Source: Laetmonice hystrix
Taxonomy: Eukaryota
Assembly: GCA_965235115.1 (NCBI GenBank)
Contig: OZ249436.1
Span: 41,666,001 to 41,730,000 of the forward strand
Direction: 5' to 3'
DNA length: 64,000 nucleotides
In this document: one piece after another, positions 25,901 to 44,080 of the stretch
Position numbering within the stretch: position 1 is the stretch's first letter
How the letters are laid out: every line of letters starts with the position of its first letter
Position numbers and translations under genes: made by a program
The notes under the pieces: model-generated
Seen by the model: the letters and a program-made list of their open reading frames with translations, nothing else
What the model was told of the DNA's origin: nothing
The model's database searches: none

Positions 25901-28900
25901 TATTTCAATAGGGTCGTTTTAGAGGAATTTTCACCATTCTCACCTTTTCGAATTCTTCATGCTCCACGTCGCCATCTCCATTCAGATCAAACATTTTGAA
26001 CGCTATTTCAAACATTCGTGGGGGAGCTGGAGGGATATAAAAAATAAAGCCAAAATTATGATTTATATAATGAAAATATTTCAATTCTAAAATAATCTCA
26101 GATAAGTTTTACATCCACAAGAATCTCAGACTTTTCAAGGGTCACCTGTTGATAAACAAATTTTTAGTACATGTAGAGGAGTAAATTACTCTTCATACAA
26201 TACTCATCTTAAATGGAAAAACTGCCAGTTGTTTTTATAGGAAAAGATTTAACTCTGTCACTGGCCGTGCTTACTTACTTGATAGAAGAACCAACAGAAA
26301 CACATAATCTGAGAAGGAGATTAGTCCACTTTCTCCCAGCTTGTAGAATATGCTGTCTTCACTCAACCCACACTCCAACCTGTATTTCTATTAAGAACCA
26401 GAAGAAAAGACCATGTTTAGTGAAAAAAAATATAATTCAAGTACCAGTAGTTTTCATGAAACAAGTTCACTCATTAGTCACACAAAATGTCTAATATTTG
26501 TTGCACATCAATGAGAATGTAAATGTAAATGCAGGTGTCCTGCCTTGTGTAAATTTTTTTATTGTTTATAGCAATTTCGTTCCTTGCTGTCACTGACACA
26601 ATGACAGCTGCCTACTTATATCAATACACTATAACTCATCTTTGTAGGCTAAATACTTAACAGACAATACAAGGCTATCATCATAATAAATTGAGCTTAA
26701 AACAGACAAACCTGAAAAAGATATTCAACACTTTAAATTGGTGGTATTGCCTAAAATTGTTAATACCCGTTTTCGTAAGCTGAAGTATAAGTTATAGAGA
26801 TACCAGGACTCTTTTGGTGGGGGAAGATAGTAGTGGCAGTTTTGTGCCCTGTTTTCTCTCTCATGCCCACTTGATAAACAGAAATGTGTCAAAAAGCTGA
26901 CATAAGAATAATCTCTGGGTTGTGTACGTACATGGAAGGAGACATGCTTGACTGCTTCACAAATACCACATGCCAATGCAGACATTTCACTGTACAACAT
27001 CAACTTATATTACGATCTCCCCATCCCACCTCCCCACCGAGGCCTACCTACTTACTGTCCACTACCCAGATCTTATCTGTTCAGGATTATTTGATTTTTT
27101 AAAACTGAAATTTGGATATTTTGTGTCAAAACAGAATCAACTGTCACTTTTAATGTCCCAGCACCACAGGTAATTGGCACCTGTATTTAAAAAAATTAAA
27201 ACATCTAAATTTACAGGAAAAGGTGTGAATTTCAGCTAAAGTTAATGATGTGATAATAAAAATCCATGACCTTTCCATAACTCTGGGCCTTGTTGTCAAA
27301 GTCAGTTGATAACCATTGTTTTTAAGGTCAGCTGACATTGACAACCATAAAGGTCACTTTGCCATAATGGATGGCAAAAACTGGGTTTTGAGGGACCAAA
27401 ATATAGGCACACCACAGGATATGACTTTGCCTGGGTTCTTAAAGGTGCTATTCGTGAAAAAAAATTCAATTTTTTTATTTTTAATTTTGTTGACGTTTAT
27501 GTGATCCCACCTATCATGGAAATAGATTCACAACAAAGGAAATCAAAATTTTTCATGGATAACGGCACAAATGGGGCTCTCTCAGAAGGCCTGTGGAGAC
27601 CCTGACACGCTCCACCATAGGAAATGGCTCTATCTCGGTGCGCACCGAGATAGGTTTCAAATGCTGCACACAAACTAATAGAAGGTTTATCAGGCCAATG
27701 GTATCGGTAGGAATTTTTTCTAGTACTATGTGCACAATGTATGATAGGAGAAATGCCATTCTGTGCGAGACGAATAGCACCTTTAAATTTTTACTCTTTT
27801 TTTCAGGATTTCCAGCATCCAACATTTCAAATTTCAAGACTTTCCAGGATTTCAATGACCTGGTCACCATCTACACAAACCCTGAGCACATTCTCAAAAG
27901 AAAAAGGTTTTGGTAATGAAGGTTTTTTTTTTCATATAATGGATACAGGAGAATTGGGGAATACAATACATGTACAAGTTAAATTAAGAAAATATGGTCA
28001 ATGTATCATGAAGTACAGCACCACAGTGTAGCTTACTTTACGTATGTCATCGACAAATATCAAAAGATAGCACTAATCTTTCTAGTATTAAACATTCAAT
28101 TTATACGGTACATGAATTTTATCACATGAAATACCTTAACAATATAGCTAGATACAAACATCTACCATTATTATTAGCTGATTTAATACATGCAGATAAT
28201 GATTTCTATCAAGAACAGGTAGTCCATACCCTAGCGCTGTAAGTACCTACTTGGAAAGCATTCCCACTAATCCCTTCTACCATGAGCACGAATAATATTT
28301 TGCGTTTCTTTCAAATCTAATGCCCCCAAACCACTACTGATCCCAGCAAAAAGAGTAATTAGGTGATCTACTGCAAGTACAAGCGCTATGTTACTGGCTA
28401 GATGACATAGCCAAAGCCAAGCTTTGCTTTTAAAGTTCCTGGAATGTGATGCTGAAGTTGTCTGTCCCCACTCTTCACTGGGTGCATCTTCATGGCTGAT
28501 TTTGATCATGTCTAAAGCTACATTACATGGCAGGCAGACTGGGAATACTTCAGACCAGAGCAAGCAAAATTCCATCCTTTAACTTACTTTTTTCTTTTAG
28601 GAGAGAAATAAAAGCAAATGCCACAGACAAAAAGAGAACCATCAGTCATGAAAACAATTTTTTTTTGTTATAAGCAGTTTATATTTCCACTGATGACATT
28701 TCTTTATACAAAATAGTACCGGGTAATTACAATGAGAAGAATACAAGTAGATTTATTCTGACGCCATAGGACATGCTGATAATGTTTAATATAGCTTTGG
28801 TCCATGCTTTGGACAAGTGCTGGTCAATGCAGGCTAGTACTATCAGACACATGGATATTAGATGTCAAAAATGTAGGATGTATAGTTAATGAGCAAAAAA

Positions 28901-31900
28901 ATTGATAACAAGTGCACAGGTGGTACTGAGTCAGTGGGGCCGTGCAAAACTCACCCTGTAAGATCCGGTCTAGAAAGAAGTGCACAGAAGAAACAACACG
29001 TTTTAAATTGACCCTACTCAACTGGTGTCACACAAAACAGATTTAGTACAAAAATCCCTCTTTTAGATGCCAGTGCACCTTGCTTTGGCACTTACTTAGT
29101 ACACAAAGTACAAGGGGGGGGGGGCGGGGGTTAGTCATTCTGGTACTGGTCATTTCAAAATCGTGTTTATCATGAAAAGCTTCAAGACTCAAATTTTTCC
29201 AAATCGAAAATATTCATTATGAAAAGACACTTATTTACCAAAATACGGTATCCTATTTTTAATGACATTAACCACTTACAGCAAGGTGTTTGGATGCAGT
29301 TTCCAAAGGGTTAGAATCTTGAATCAAATTCTGCTGATGGCTACTGACTGGCTAAGAAATAGACCAGCCAATCAATTGCCCGTAGCAGATTTTCAGGTCC
29401 GGGTCTAGATTTAAAAGGGCCAGTCCAAAACTCGGCAGTGCTTCAGGCCACTGAGTATTTCTTCAAATGTTGCAGCAGCCTTTAGCACTAGCTAACTATG
29501 GACTGTTCAAGGCCTGGCCCCAGGTCCTAACCCTCAGAAAACAAGGTCCTGGATCCTTAAGAGGGACAAACGTGGGGATACATGATGCCAGTGTCCTAAG
29601 ACCACACTCGAACCAGCACACAGTGAACACATGACAAGCCCCGTGAATAACACATACATGTCTCAATGCACAATGTGGCACCAATCTTGGTGCCTGGCCC
29701 CAGTTTCTAACATTTGTCACCTTAACACAAGCTGACTGGTTCAGAGTTTTTCCATGATAAACCACACCAATCAAAAGCTTATGTTAAGATTTGGAATCTT
29801 AGAAACCAGCCCTTGATGACGCACTGAGCTCCTTTGACTGCCTCAAATAAAAACATTGTCAGGGAAACTATACTCTGTGCTTCAATGTGATTCATACAGA
29901 GCACCAAACTAGGTTCCTAAAAGTAGGGCACCAAATTGAAACCAAAAAAATGGAAAGCACTGCTATTGCTAGACAATCAGGTTGGGGGGGGGGAGTGAAC
30001 CAAACACACAGTTTCAAATACCATACTCGTGAGTGATCCTGCCGCTACTTTCTTACACGCCACCAATCAATAAATACAGTAAACATAAAAAAAAGAATCC
30101 CCATAAATAAACCATTCTCCAGTCCATTTCTGATAACTAGGTAGTTCCAAACCACTAACTTACAATTAGAGAAAAAAAAAACGTTGCGAAATGTTAATAC
30201 ATGCACCTTTTTCTTCTGTAAATTGCATTGAGTAAAAAGGGTCTTTATTTTAATACATGGGGAACTCAGCACTTCGACACATGTGTAAAGTCACTCCTGA
30301 ATTGGCATGGATTTACAAGTACAGAAACGTAGTTGTAACTCATAATATAATATGCAAATATATAACAGTTTATTTGGTCACATCAATAGAACTTTTGGAC
30401 AGGTCACTTGCTAAGTATGGATATTGCAAATTTCTTATTTGCAATATATTTTGTGGACTGTTAGTTGAAAATATATGGTACTACTGGGTACTGGAAATTA
30501 TTTAAACAGGAAGGGTCAATCCTGATCTATCTGTTGACAAATAACAGTTAACTGTTGTAGGGATCAGCTGCAAACATGACATGTCACGGTAGAAAGTCAA
30601 CGCTTTCATTAACACATATTTTTTTCACTCAGAGGGTCTATTCTGGAAAAAAAAGGGCGAAAATGAGGACTACCTTCTTCAGTACTGGTCTGACATCAAC
30701 CTGAAATCCGTTTAAATTTAAAAGAAGTCTAATCATTACTAGTCAATACAGGGGGTGGGGATACTTAATTTATAGTCCTTTATAATCCCCTTTTATTCAT
30801 TGAACATACCGGTAAATTTATATGGAATCTAACTAAAGGCCTGATTCAATGGGTACATTTCTGAGATCCATTTCTGTTCTCGGACTCTGGATTGCTGTGG
30901 ACATGTTATATATGCGAAATCTGCAGTTATGCTTATTCTTATAAACTACTTCTTACATAATTTATATTATGAAGACAGTAAACATGTACGTGTATAGAAA
31001 CCTCATCATTATTCATTATTCCTCGCCATCACCTAGAATGACTTTTCATACCCAGCGATTTCAAAGGACAAGTCAAAGATAGGGCAGAGAAACATTTTTA
31101 AATTAGTGGTACCTAATGATAATGCTTCAACAATCTTCAAAGTTGCATACCTTGTCACGAAAACAATGAAATTTTTAAATTTTTGTTTCTCGGATATTTT
31201 CTATCGTGATAACTCAAAAGATTCATATCATCAGTCAACTTACAAGGTGCTTAATGAAAACACTGAAGTAACATTTGACTGGCATAAAATCTCATTTTTG
31301 CTTCCTTCTCATAAACAGATTGGGAAAAACGCTTACAACTGTATTTCCATTATCCTCATTATACCTACCTTTGGATCATACTTCCTGAACTGGTCGAGTC
31401 CCAGTCCTGCATAGAACAAACAAGACAATTTCCATTGGTTTCAAGGAGGTTCATGGAAATGAGCAACTCAATTTTGATTAACAAGAGTTACGATATTATG
31501 ATAAGGTACATGAATGAATTTCAGATCGATGTCCTGCCTATATATTTTGTTCAGTGATGAATCAATTTAGGTTACTATCACTATAAAGAACAGTGATTTG
31601 CATGGTGGGCTTTAAATCCGGGTTTTACTGCACTTTGCTCTAGTATCTATATAATATATGACTGAACAGGCACCTAAAATATCTCTAGAAGTAAAATCTA
31701 ACCTTCTGGCTGCTTCATTCCTGGTGTGATAGAACGCACAAAGTCATCAGGTGTCATGAAGACCTCATAGTCACCCGTGTCGTGGTGCACCTTCAGCGTC
31801 GCAAAATAACGGAAGATTTTATCTGGCGTAGAGTAGTCCCTTATTCTGTTTTCATACTCAATTATCTGTAAAAACAATAATGGTATCATATTCATTTATA

Positions 31901-34182
31901 AGAAGAACATGAAAAATGAAAATGAAGAAAATTTAACCACTGGGATGCATCTTGGGTGCATGTATACCTACCCTTCTGTCTCTGAATCCCACTCTCTTCT
32001 TTTTTTTCTTCTCGACCTCCCCTGCTTCCTTTCCCTCCTCTCCTCCTCCTTCTGCTTTTGGCAGTTTTGCATCCTCTGACTCAACTTCTAGAGTGGCTGC
32101 CCTCACATGTGCCTTTGATAAAAGGTAGGGCCATCTGCAATGCACAATTGTTTGATACCATGAATAGCCATTTACAAAACTTTATTGCTAACAATAATTG
32201 CCACCTGTCTGTAATACAGAGTACAGAGATGTGAGCCTCAAAGATGGCTCTGTTAGAGAGGGCATCATTGGACTTTAATTTTCCTCCTAAAACCTGGACT
32301 ACTCAAAATACATTTAACTTACCTCAGGTGTTGCACAATAGGGACTAGCAATTCAAAAAGCATTCATATCCCCACCTCATGTCCTTTTACAAAATTTCAG
32401 ATAATTTTATGGTAGTTTGATACCCTCCCATCCTCTCAGGCTCGGGGTTGAACCGCTTCCAGTGATCCCCCCCCCCCCCCACGACTGCTCGCCTATTCTC
32501 AGAAGCGCGTTCTTCGCAGCGCCATCTGTTTTCCACCTACTTTCAGTACCCGCAAGTAGGCTGGAAGCAGTCTTAGCACCAATCAGATTACAGCACTGCC
32601 TGAGGCGTGATTCATAAAAATTAGCATGCATTTCTGGTTAGCCAATAGGAACGTCCCCAGTAAAGTTATTGTTGTCGAAGCAATATGGCGAAACCAACGA
32701 TAGCAGCAACGGGTAGGCATTTAATCCTGACACTAGTGACAGTGGGAGGAACCACTTTTAGTTGACAGGGCTGCAAGAACACACACTATAACTCTATCCC
32801 GACCTATAACCTTAACCCAAGGGCACGGCAGAGTCCGAGACCGACAGCCAGCGCCAGCGACACCGGGCCGAGAGCAGGCCAGTGAGCACGAAGTGACGAT
32901 GCTGAAATCAGGGGGAGCTAAACTTTGGAATTTCGAGTGTTAAACTGTATCAAGTCAGAGTGCTACAAATTGTTAGGGACACATTCGTTTATCAGAGAAC
33001 TGGGCAAGGCTGTCAGGCATTTTTGTGAGAAGCAAGCCTTCGGTGAGGACCGCAGGCTAGGAAATTCGTCACTTTTAGGGCACTGCCCATTCGGCCTTGA
33101 GGTTAATCTAATTTTTAGGGGCACCAAGGCCAGTTGTGGGGGCACCAAGGCCACTTTTCATTCAAGCCCTGGGGCACCACGGCCAGTTTAAAAAATAAAA
33201 CTAACGCAGCCAATTATACAATTATTGGTTGTAATAATTGGTGACAAGACCTAGCTGGATAGATGCAGAAACTTCCCAAAAGTAACTGATCGCATTGTTA
33301 TAGGATCCACTGGTTGTCGTTGAGATTGCAATGTTCAAATATAATTACTGAACCCATGCTAAAATAAGATGCTTATGGATTACTAATATACAAACTTAGC
33401 ATCCATGAGTACACGCTTTATCGTATGGGTTCAGTACTTGGGCCTTGACCCATATGGCTGCATGTTTGGCCTCTTTGAAGATTTGCCATTGAACCACCAG
33501 CTGACAATGACATTCATGTCAGTTATGATGACAGTATCTCATTCTCAGAGGGCCCAGAGGGGCACTACGGCCAGATGGGTGGGAGGGCACCGGCCACTCT
33601 GGCCGTGAAGAGGGGGCATGTTTTTAGGGGCGTCACGGCCAGTCAAAGGGCATCAACAGCAGTGGCTGTCCTGAATTTCCTACGCTGGGACCGTTTAGTG
33701 TGGGTGGTGAGTCTATGACGACGATGCCAGATCCTATTAACATGAATTCATCATAAGGGCTGAGCTCAAGGGGTAGCATGCAGGATGCGCGATGCCCCTT
33801 GACAACTCAAGATGATATCCTCCATGCACTGATCATTTAACTTTTAAGCCTTAAAAATAATCTGTCGACCAAAAATACAGAATACTTACAGTGGTGTCAT
33901 TGTTAATGTGAACATGAGTCCACCTAGGAACAGCAAGTAGAGTTTTCCCTTCCTTGACAGAGGCCTGCCGTGCCTCTTGGCCAATCCATCATATCTGTTC
34001 CTCAGTCTGTACTGTTGATACTGGACTCTTCCTGTTGGGATGAGGTACGCCTTGTGTATGTGATGCTTTTCAAGATGCTGTAGGATGCTGAAAGCACGCC
34101 CTGGCCTGAGAACCACTAGTGATGTTCCTGGCATACACCAGGAGCTTCTGGTGATGAGGCGGGACATGCTGTGCCACGACAT
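19937..34182 (-). CDS. MICU1: Mitochondrial calcium uptake protein 1 (EF-hand gatekeeper of MCU), ~511 aa without microexons
   Basis: Exons (minus): 33890-34182, 31972-32134 ([14 protein letters not shown] polybasic motif), 31703-31865 ([23 protein letters not shown]), 31369-31406 ([11 protein letters not shown]), 26279-26387, 25944-26026 (EF-hand FDLNGDGDV), 25450-25644, 24797-24937, 20568-20676, 20267-20356, 19937-20088 ([14 protein letters not shown]...AMWKC). Total 1536 nt in frame. A probable 5'UTR exon lies near 36635-36700. Confidence 0.95.
21941..22050. repeat. Two-copy ~54-bp tandem duplication
   Basis: CATA(G/A)TGATCCCTAC(G/A)TTTTTAT(A/C)AATTGTAAACAAAGTTCTCC(T/C)TTTATTAAA occurs twice in tandem. 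Confidence 0.8.
22735..23220. repeat. Minisatellite, 35-bp unit, ~14 copies, in a MICU1 intron
   Basis: Unit ACATGTGTAACTGCTGTAAAAGACCCAGTT(TATCC/CAGAC). TGCTGTAAAA recurs every 35 bp; degenerate copies start near 22650. Confidence 0.95.
27443..27782. mobile_element. Non-autonomous DNA transposon (MITE) with TTAA target duplication, Kolobok-like
   Basis: Perfect TIR AGGTGCTATTCGT / ACGAATAGCACCT, flanked by TTAA at 27439-27442 and 27783-27786. Confidence 0.75.
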
Positions 34183-35195
34183 GGCCAACTGTGTGTTGCA
34201 CCTGTCTGCTGGATGAGCAAAGAGGTTAAAGTGTCAAAATACCCATCATAACTTAAAGGTAGTCATTATATCAAATCAACAAAAGTGGCTTTTCCACGGG
34301 ATATTCTAGATAGATTTACTAGACACGTTAAAAACTATTGGCACTACCGTAGAGACATAGAACATTTTTCACCGCTTCTTGTCTCAAAGGGCGTGCCCCT
34401 GAAGGCACGCGGTATATGTGTTTACTGACATGGCACCAAAACTGGTTTGTTTTGGACTGAAACGGCTCCGAGAAGAGTTATGGCAGCCGCTGCAACCCAT
34501 CACTTCCCTGGGCTAGGGTAGCGAGCAGGGGCTTGGTGGCCGGCCTGTCTATCTTAGTTTGCTCAGATTCTCGTTTCCAATAATCCAGGCATTTCTAGGT
34601 GGTGCTGCTATCTTCTCTGGCCAGAGCCAGTGCAAACAAAAGCCTAGCAAGGCAACGGAACTAAATATAGGTGTTACTGGCTTGGGTTTGGTCATCACAC
34701 TGTCCTATAATTAAACTGTCATGGGGGCAACGCTTCTTGATACAGGGTTGCAAGTTGGTCTGCATGAAATTAATGGAAAATATTTGAAATCAGTAAATGG
34801 CTGCAGTGTTCTAACCAGAAATATTTCTCACAGTGGGGGGAACGTGATGGACAAACACCAAAGGTGTGCAGTCGCGGGCGCATAAGAAGCGAAGCCCACC
34901 AGAGGGTGGCCTGGGTGGGCTTTCCCCCCAGGAAAATTTTGAAAACATGCTCTTTAAATGGTGCATTTTGGTGCATTTTGGTGCATTTGAGATGAATAAA
35001 GGCGGCGGCAGGAGTTGTCAGCGCGGGGGAGCGCCGCGGCACCGCGGTTCAGTTAGAACCCTGGGCTGTGATACAGGCAGAGCATGTGCAGGTCCTTTAC
35101 AGTACTTAGTAAACAAACATGGTGCTGAGCCAGCTTCCTTGAGTTAAGTGCTCAGCAGAGAATGGGATATTCTCAGTGATTAAGGTGGTTCCTCC

Positions 35196-35829
35196 GTGAA
35201 ATTTCTAGTAGATAGATTTTCTTTAAACTTTGCATAGGTGTTGTACCAAGTCTAAGGAAACTTATAATCCCCTCAAAAATATAGGTTGACAGGCTAATTC
35301 CGTTGCCATAGCAACCAGAAGTCCACTACAATGGCTAAATTTGAGCACCAAAATGTGGTCATTAAATGTTCCTCTGATACATTGCTATTGTATAGATTTT
35401 CTTTAAATTTTGCATAAGTGATACATTTAGTTTTACAAAACTGATGAGCCATAAAAAACAATGTTGACAGGCTAATTTGGTTTCCATAGCAACCAACAAT
35501 CACATAGAGGCTAGCTGGAATTTTTATTCTTCATTTGTGAAATTTCTAGTATATAGATTTTCTTTAAACTTTGCATAGTTGTTGTACCAAGTATAAGGAA
35601 ACTTATAATACCCCCAAAAATATAGGTTGACAGGCTAATTTCGTTGCTATAGCAACCAGAAGTCCACTACAATGGCTAAATTTGAGTACCAAAATGTGGT
35701 CATTAAATGTTCCTCTACTAAATTGCTATTGTATAGATTTTCTTTAAAATTTAAATTTAAAACTGATGAGCCATAAAAAACAATGTTGACAGGCTAATTT
35801 GGTTTCCATAGCAACCAACAATCACATAG
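35196..35829. repeat. ~310-bp direct duplication (35196-35507 and 35537-35829) with internal GTTGACAGGCTAATT..CATAGCAACC subrepeats
   Basis: Two near-identical blocks running from GTGAAATTTCTAGTA to CAATCACATAG. The second has a short internal deletion. Probably a repeat-element remnant. Confidence 0.85.
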
Positions 35830-36049
35830 GGGTCCGTTCCAAGGCCTCCCACTCATATAGTCAGCTTCTGTGTGTTCTTGTTGTGACTTGTTGATCATTC
35901 TATATTACGAAAATCTGCGTTCCTTCTACTGTCTTGAGCCTTGAGTGTATATCCCACCACCCCTGGGCCGGAGGCTGGGGCTCCGCCTGATTGCATACCT
36001 GTCATAGGCCTACACAAGTAGGCTATAGACTATAGTATAGCACTATAGG

Positions 36050-36460
36050 CCTTGGCCTAGACGTACACCAATCCTTGTTTTAGCCTATAGATATAGTATA
36101 GGCCCATATAGAACTACAGTTCTAGGATAACTGGTAGCTTACTCTCCCTACAAGTCATAATAACCACAAGTTACAACAACCATTTCCCGTTTCCTAACAG
36201 TAGAGTCTGTCAGTCTAGAAATGTCCGTTCGAACTTGTTTGTAGGCTATAGTATAGGCCTAGAGCATAGAGGCTAGACGTACACCAATCCTTGTTTTAGC
36301 CTATAGATATATAGTATAGGCCCATATAGAACTACAGTTCTAGGATAACTGCTAGCTTACTATCCCTACATAAGTCATAATAACCACAAGTTACAACAAC
36401 CATTTCTCGTCTCCTAATAGTAGAGTCTATCAGTCTAGAAATGTCCGTTCGAACTTGTTT
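36050..36460. repeat. ~217-bp tandem duplication near the MICU1 5' end
   Basis: CTAGACGTACACCAATCCTTGTTTTAGCC...CAGTCTAGAAATGTCCGTTCGAACTTGTTTGT occurs twice; a partial third copy is near 36590-36615. Confidence 0.85.
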
Positions 36461-37437
36461 GTTGGAGCTACAGTCGCCCCCCCCCCCACCACCACCACCA
36501 CCACCACCGCTCGAACAGTCGAGCGCGCTATGCCTGCTTGAGGTAGTGCCCGCTCGTGGTGCCGCCGCTCAAAACGTCCATCTACTAGCCTAATAGTAGA
36601 GTCTATCAGTCTAGACCTTTTTGTGCAAAAGTTACCCACAGAATCGCCTATAGACATGTCTTTAACGACCGGCTACGTCAACATGGTCAAGAAACAAAAC
36701 AAAACACGGGACATCCGCTATCGTGCGAAAACGGCAAAACACGCGCATTGATACGGGTAAAATGATGCGCAGAAAACATGCGCAATAGAGCACAGAGGAA
36801 CCACCTTAGTTATCATAAGAATCTACGTCAGTTTTTTCCAGGGCACAGCGGCAAATTTACAATACATGGGAAAGGCACGAAGGCAAATGCCGTCAAGTAA
36901 TTCGAGGCCTGTTATTAATAGGTGAAATTCTCAGTTTGTTTGTTCAAATGCAGCGCAGTGCAGCGCATTCGACGAGCGGTGACCCAGTCACGTGGTGTTT
37001 TGCAGATGGCTGAGGGAGCTACAGACCAGACTTGCTCGTAAACAACTAGACCGTGTGGACGTTATATTTTATTATTTGTCCAATATCAAGCAAGGTCAAA
37101 ATACGGCCGTCAAAATAGAAATTTTATTACCCCGTTGCTCTCTGAAAATATCGATTTCATGCTCAGTGACACGACAGTGGAAATAAGTTTAAACGAAGGC
37201 CGCAAAGTTGCGATAACGGGCCTCGAGAAGACACCGTTTAGAAACTGAAGTAGAATAGGCCTACCTGCCTCAGCTCAGTCAGGCCGGGGGGCGAAATTTT
37301 TTTTCCCACATTAGTTCTGGACCCCCCATTTTCATACAGCCAATCAGAAACAGGCACACATATGGCTATGGAATACCGGCGACGACACGTGTATGCGAGA
37401 TGCGAGACAGTGTGTTTGGGTTAGGGTAAAGGTTAGG

Positions 37438-38104
37438 CCTAACGTCACAGGACCCTAATTCGCCGGCTACCCTAATTCGCCATGACGTAGCTTTTTCTGC
37501 AAATACTTGTCCCGTGTTGTAAAAAATATTCAGATATAACATTCTACGTAAAACAAACACATAGCTAAGATGTGCATAGATCAAGGATATCAATTTGGAA
37601 GGGGTAAGACTTGGAAAAGGGGGTACAACAGTCCATTCAGGAAACTATGTACAAAGTAAAATTTCAAGGGGGCCTGAGACCTGCTAGATGTGCCCCTGCT
37701 TTCAGTTTCAGCCACCCAGTCTACCCCTATGCCCTAGATCACCCCAATACCCCTGTCCCATCCCCTTATATATTACCTGGTACCAGAGTACCAAAATGCA
37801 AAAAAATTAAAATTGAAAATTAACCATTTTTTAAAAACCTATTTTGAGAGGGGGGGTTAATTAGTGTAATTAAAATGGCGAATTAGGGTACTGATCTTGC
37901 CAATTGGAGTAACCCTGACTGGCATAATAACCCCTCCCCGGGATTCCCCCAGTAGGGGGTGGAATAACTTAGTTTTCCAATGAAACATCCCGGCAGATGG
38001 ACAGCTTGTTTGAAACGGTTGCTTGACATCATGACTTAAATAATTATTCAATTATGAGTAAATATATCGTTTTTGGTGGCGAATTAGGGTCCTGTGACGT
38101 TAGG
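37438..38104. mobile_element. Nested MITE with 27-bp TIRs
   Basis: CCTAACGTCACAGGACCCTAATTCGCC (37438-37464) and its exact reverse complement (38078-38104). Confidence 0.75.
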
Positions 38105-38271
38105 GTTAGTGTTACTGTTAGTTTTCATAGCCCAAAATTATTGTTAAATAGGCACTAATTGATGAGCAGTGAATGTGTCAATAAGAAACATTCACTGACA
38201 CTGTTCGGTCCCATATCGCGAGCGATAGAGTCTGGCGTTCACTGATTGGCTGAAGCTAGAATGGGGTCCGG

Positions 38272-38604
38272 TGTCGCGGTCTCAGATCTCCGTGGTCTCA
38301 GATCTCCGGGAGGTTAGCTGCATTGCCGTGTGTTCTAGTCTAACTATCCGAAATATCAGCTCTCAGTTGAGTCACACGTAATAACTCTCATCTCCTCTAC
38401 GATACTTGGTTTACAATTTACCTATCCAGACTGTCCTTTAGTCTTGTTTGGAAGAAAACTCCACCGCCCATCAGCTAGCAGACGACCGGAGGTGTGAGCC
38501 CAAACAGCGACTCGCGCGTGCTCACTTAGTCAGATTCAGCATCTAAACAATAGGAAACCATGCCCCCGGAGTTCTGAGACCAACGGAGATCTGAGACCGC
38601 GACA
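38272..38604. mobile_element. Nested MITE with TGT...ACA ends and a CCGG TSD (Ginger-like)
   Basis: TIR TGTCGCGGTCTCAGATCTCCGT at both ends; CCGG at 38268-38271 and 38605-38608. It interrupts the right TIR of the outer element. Confidence 0.8.
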
Positions 38605-38904
38605 CCGGAACTAATGTGGGAAAAAAAAATTCGCGGCCGGGTGGGGGGGGGGCTCACCAAGGAAAGCTCAGGCCTCAGGCTCAGCCTCAGACAGAATCAG
38701 GGTGCTACGCAAGCCTACGGCCTACGCTACAGTACTACGGTAGAGTCTACTACTCTATTGACTACTGGCTGTTGTAAATGTCAACGATGAGTTTCATGAT
38801 GGCATGAATACTTACATTATAGAGAAAAGGTCAAATATTGATAATGTCAATCAGCCATTTGCATCGATTGGACTTCCATGTTGGTTCTCGTGCAATATCG
38901 TCAT

Positions 38905-39045
38905 TCCCGTGACCGGAAGTCACAAAACTGCGCAATGCACCCTGGGGGAGAGTCCACACTGCGATGAACCAATCAAAACGTAGACATCACGTCTTTCCCG
39001 CCATTTTAATCGCTTGGCGGTAACGCAAAGATATTTCGCGCCAGA
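38905..39045 (+). promoter_or_regulatory. PCNA proximal promoter with E2F, CCAAT and ETS motifs
   Basis: ACCGGAAGT (~38912), AACCAATCA (~38967), and E2F-like TTTCCCGCC (38994-39002) and TTTCGCGCC (39034-39042), upstream of the ATG at 39149. PCNA is a known E2F target. Confidence 0.7.
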
Positions 39046-39109
39046 CTTCTCATTGAAAGGGACAAGAGAGAGAGGAGAGAACCATCTCTGCAGAATCTCA
39101 GGTCTGTGA

Positions 39110-43748
<4,639 letters not shown>

Positions 43749-44080
43749 TTGGCATTCATGTAGGAGTTTGTATTACAAAAAAAGTATACGTATATATTCT
43801 GTCATTTCTTCATATACTTGTTAGGGACTTTTTATTGATCATGATCTGTTCTACTGAGTTCAGTTTGGTACGTATTCCACAAAATTATGGTCTACAACAG
43901 TACAATTTCCACAAAATTATGGACGTAATAGATTATGTACAGGATGTACATAACCTGGGAGGCAGTGAAAAAACATTGTACATACACGGAAATATATAGC
44001 TGAGATTATAACCAAACAAATAAAATATATATAACAAACACTTATTTTCGTTTCGTTCAATTTTTCCCCCTGGGGGCATG

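Larger units (their letters stand above)
37291..38634. mobile_element. MITE with a near-perfect 9-bp TSD (MuDR-like), carrying two nested MITEs
   Basis: TIR GCGAA(A)T8CCCACATTAGTTC at both ends. Flanks are GGCCGGGGG (37282-37290) and GGCCGGGTG (38635-38643). Confidence 0.7.

Noticed and set aside
28247..28276. Further possible MICU1 mini-exon (TAG|AAGGGATTAGTGGGAATGCTTTCCAA|GTAGGT)
   Set aside because: Poor pyrimidine tract; it is frameshifting or stop-containing depending on the donor used.
37400..37440. TTAGGG-like tract suggesting an interstitial telomere
   Set aside because: Only a few degenerate units, internal to a MITE.
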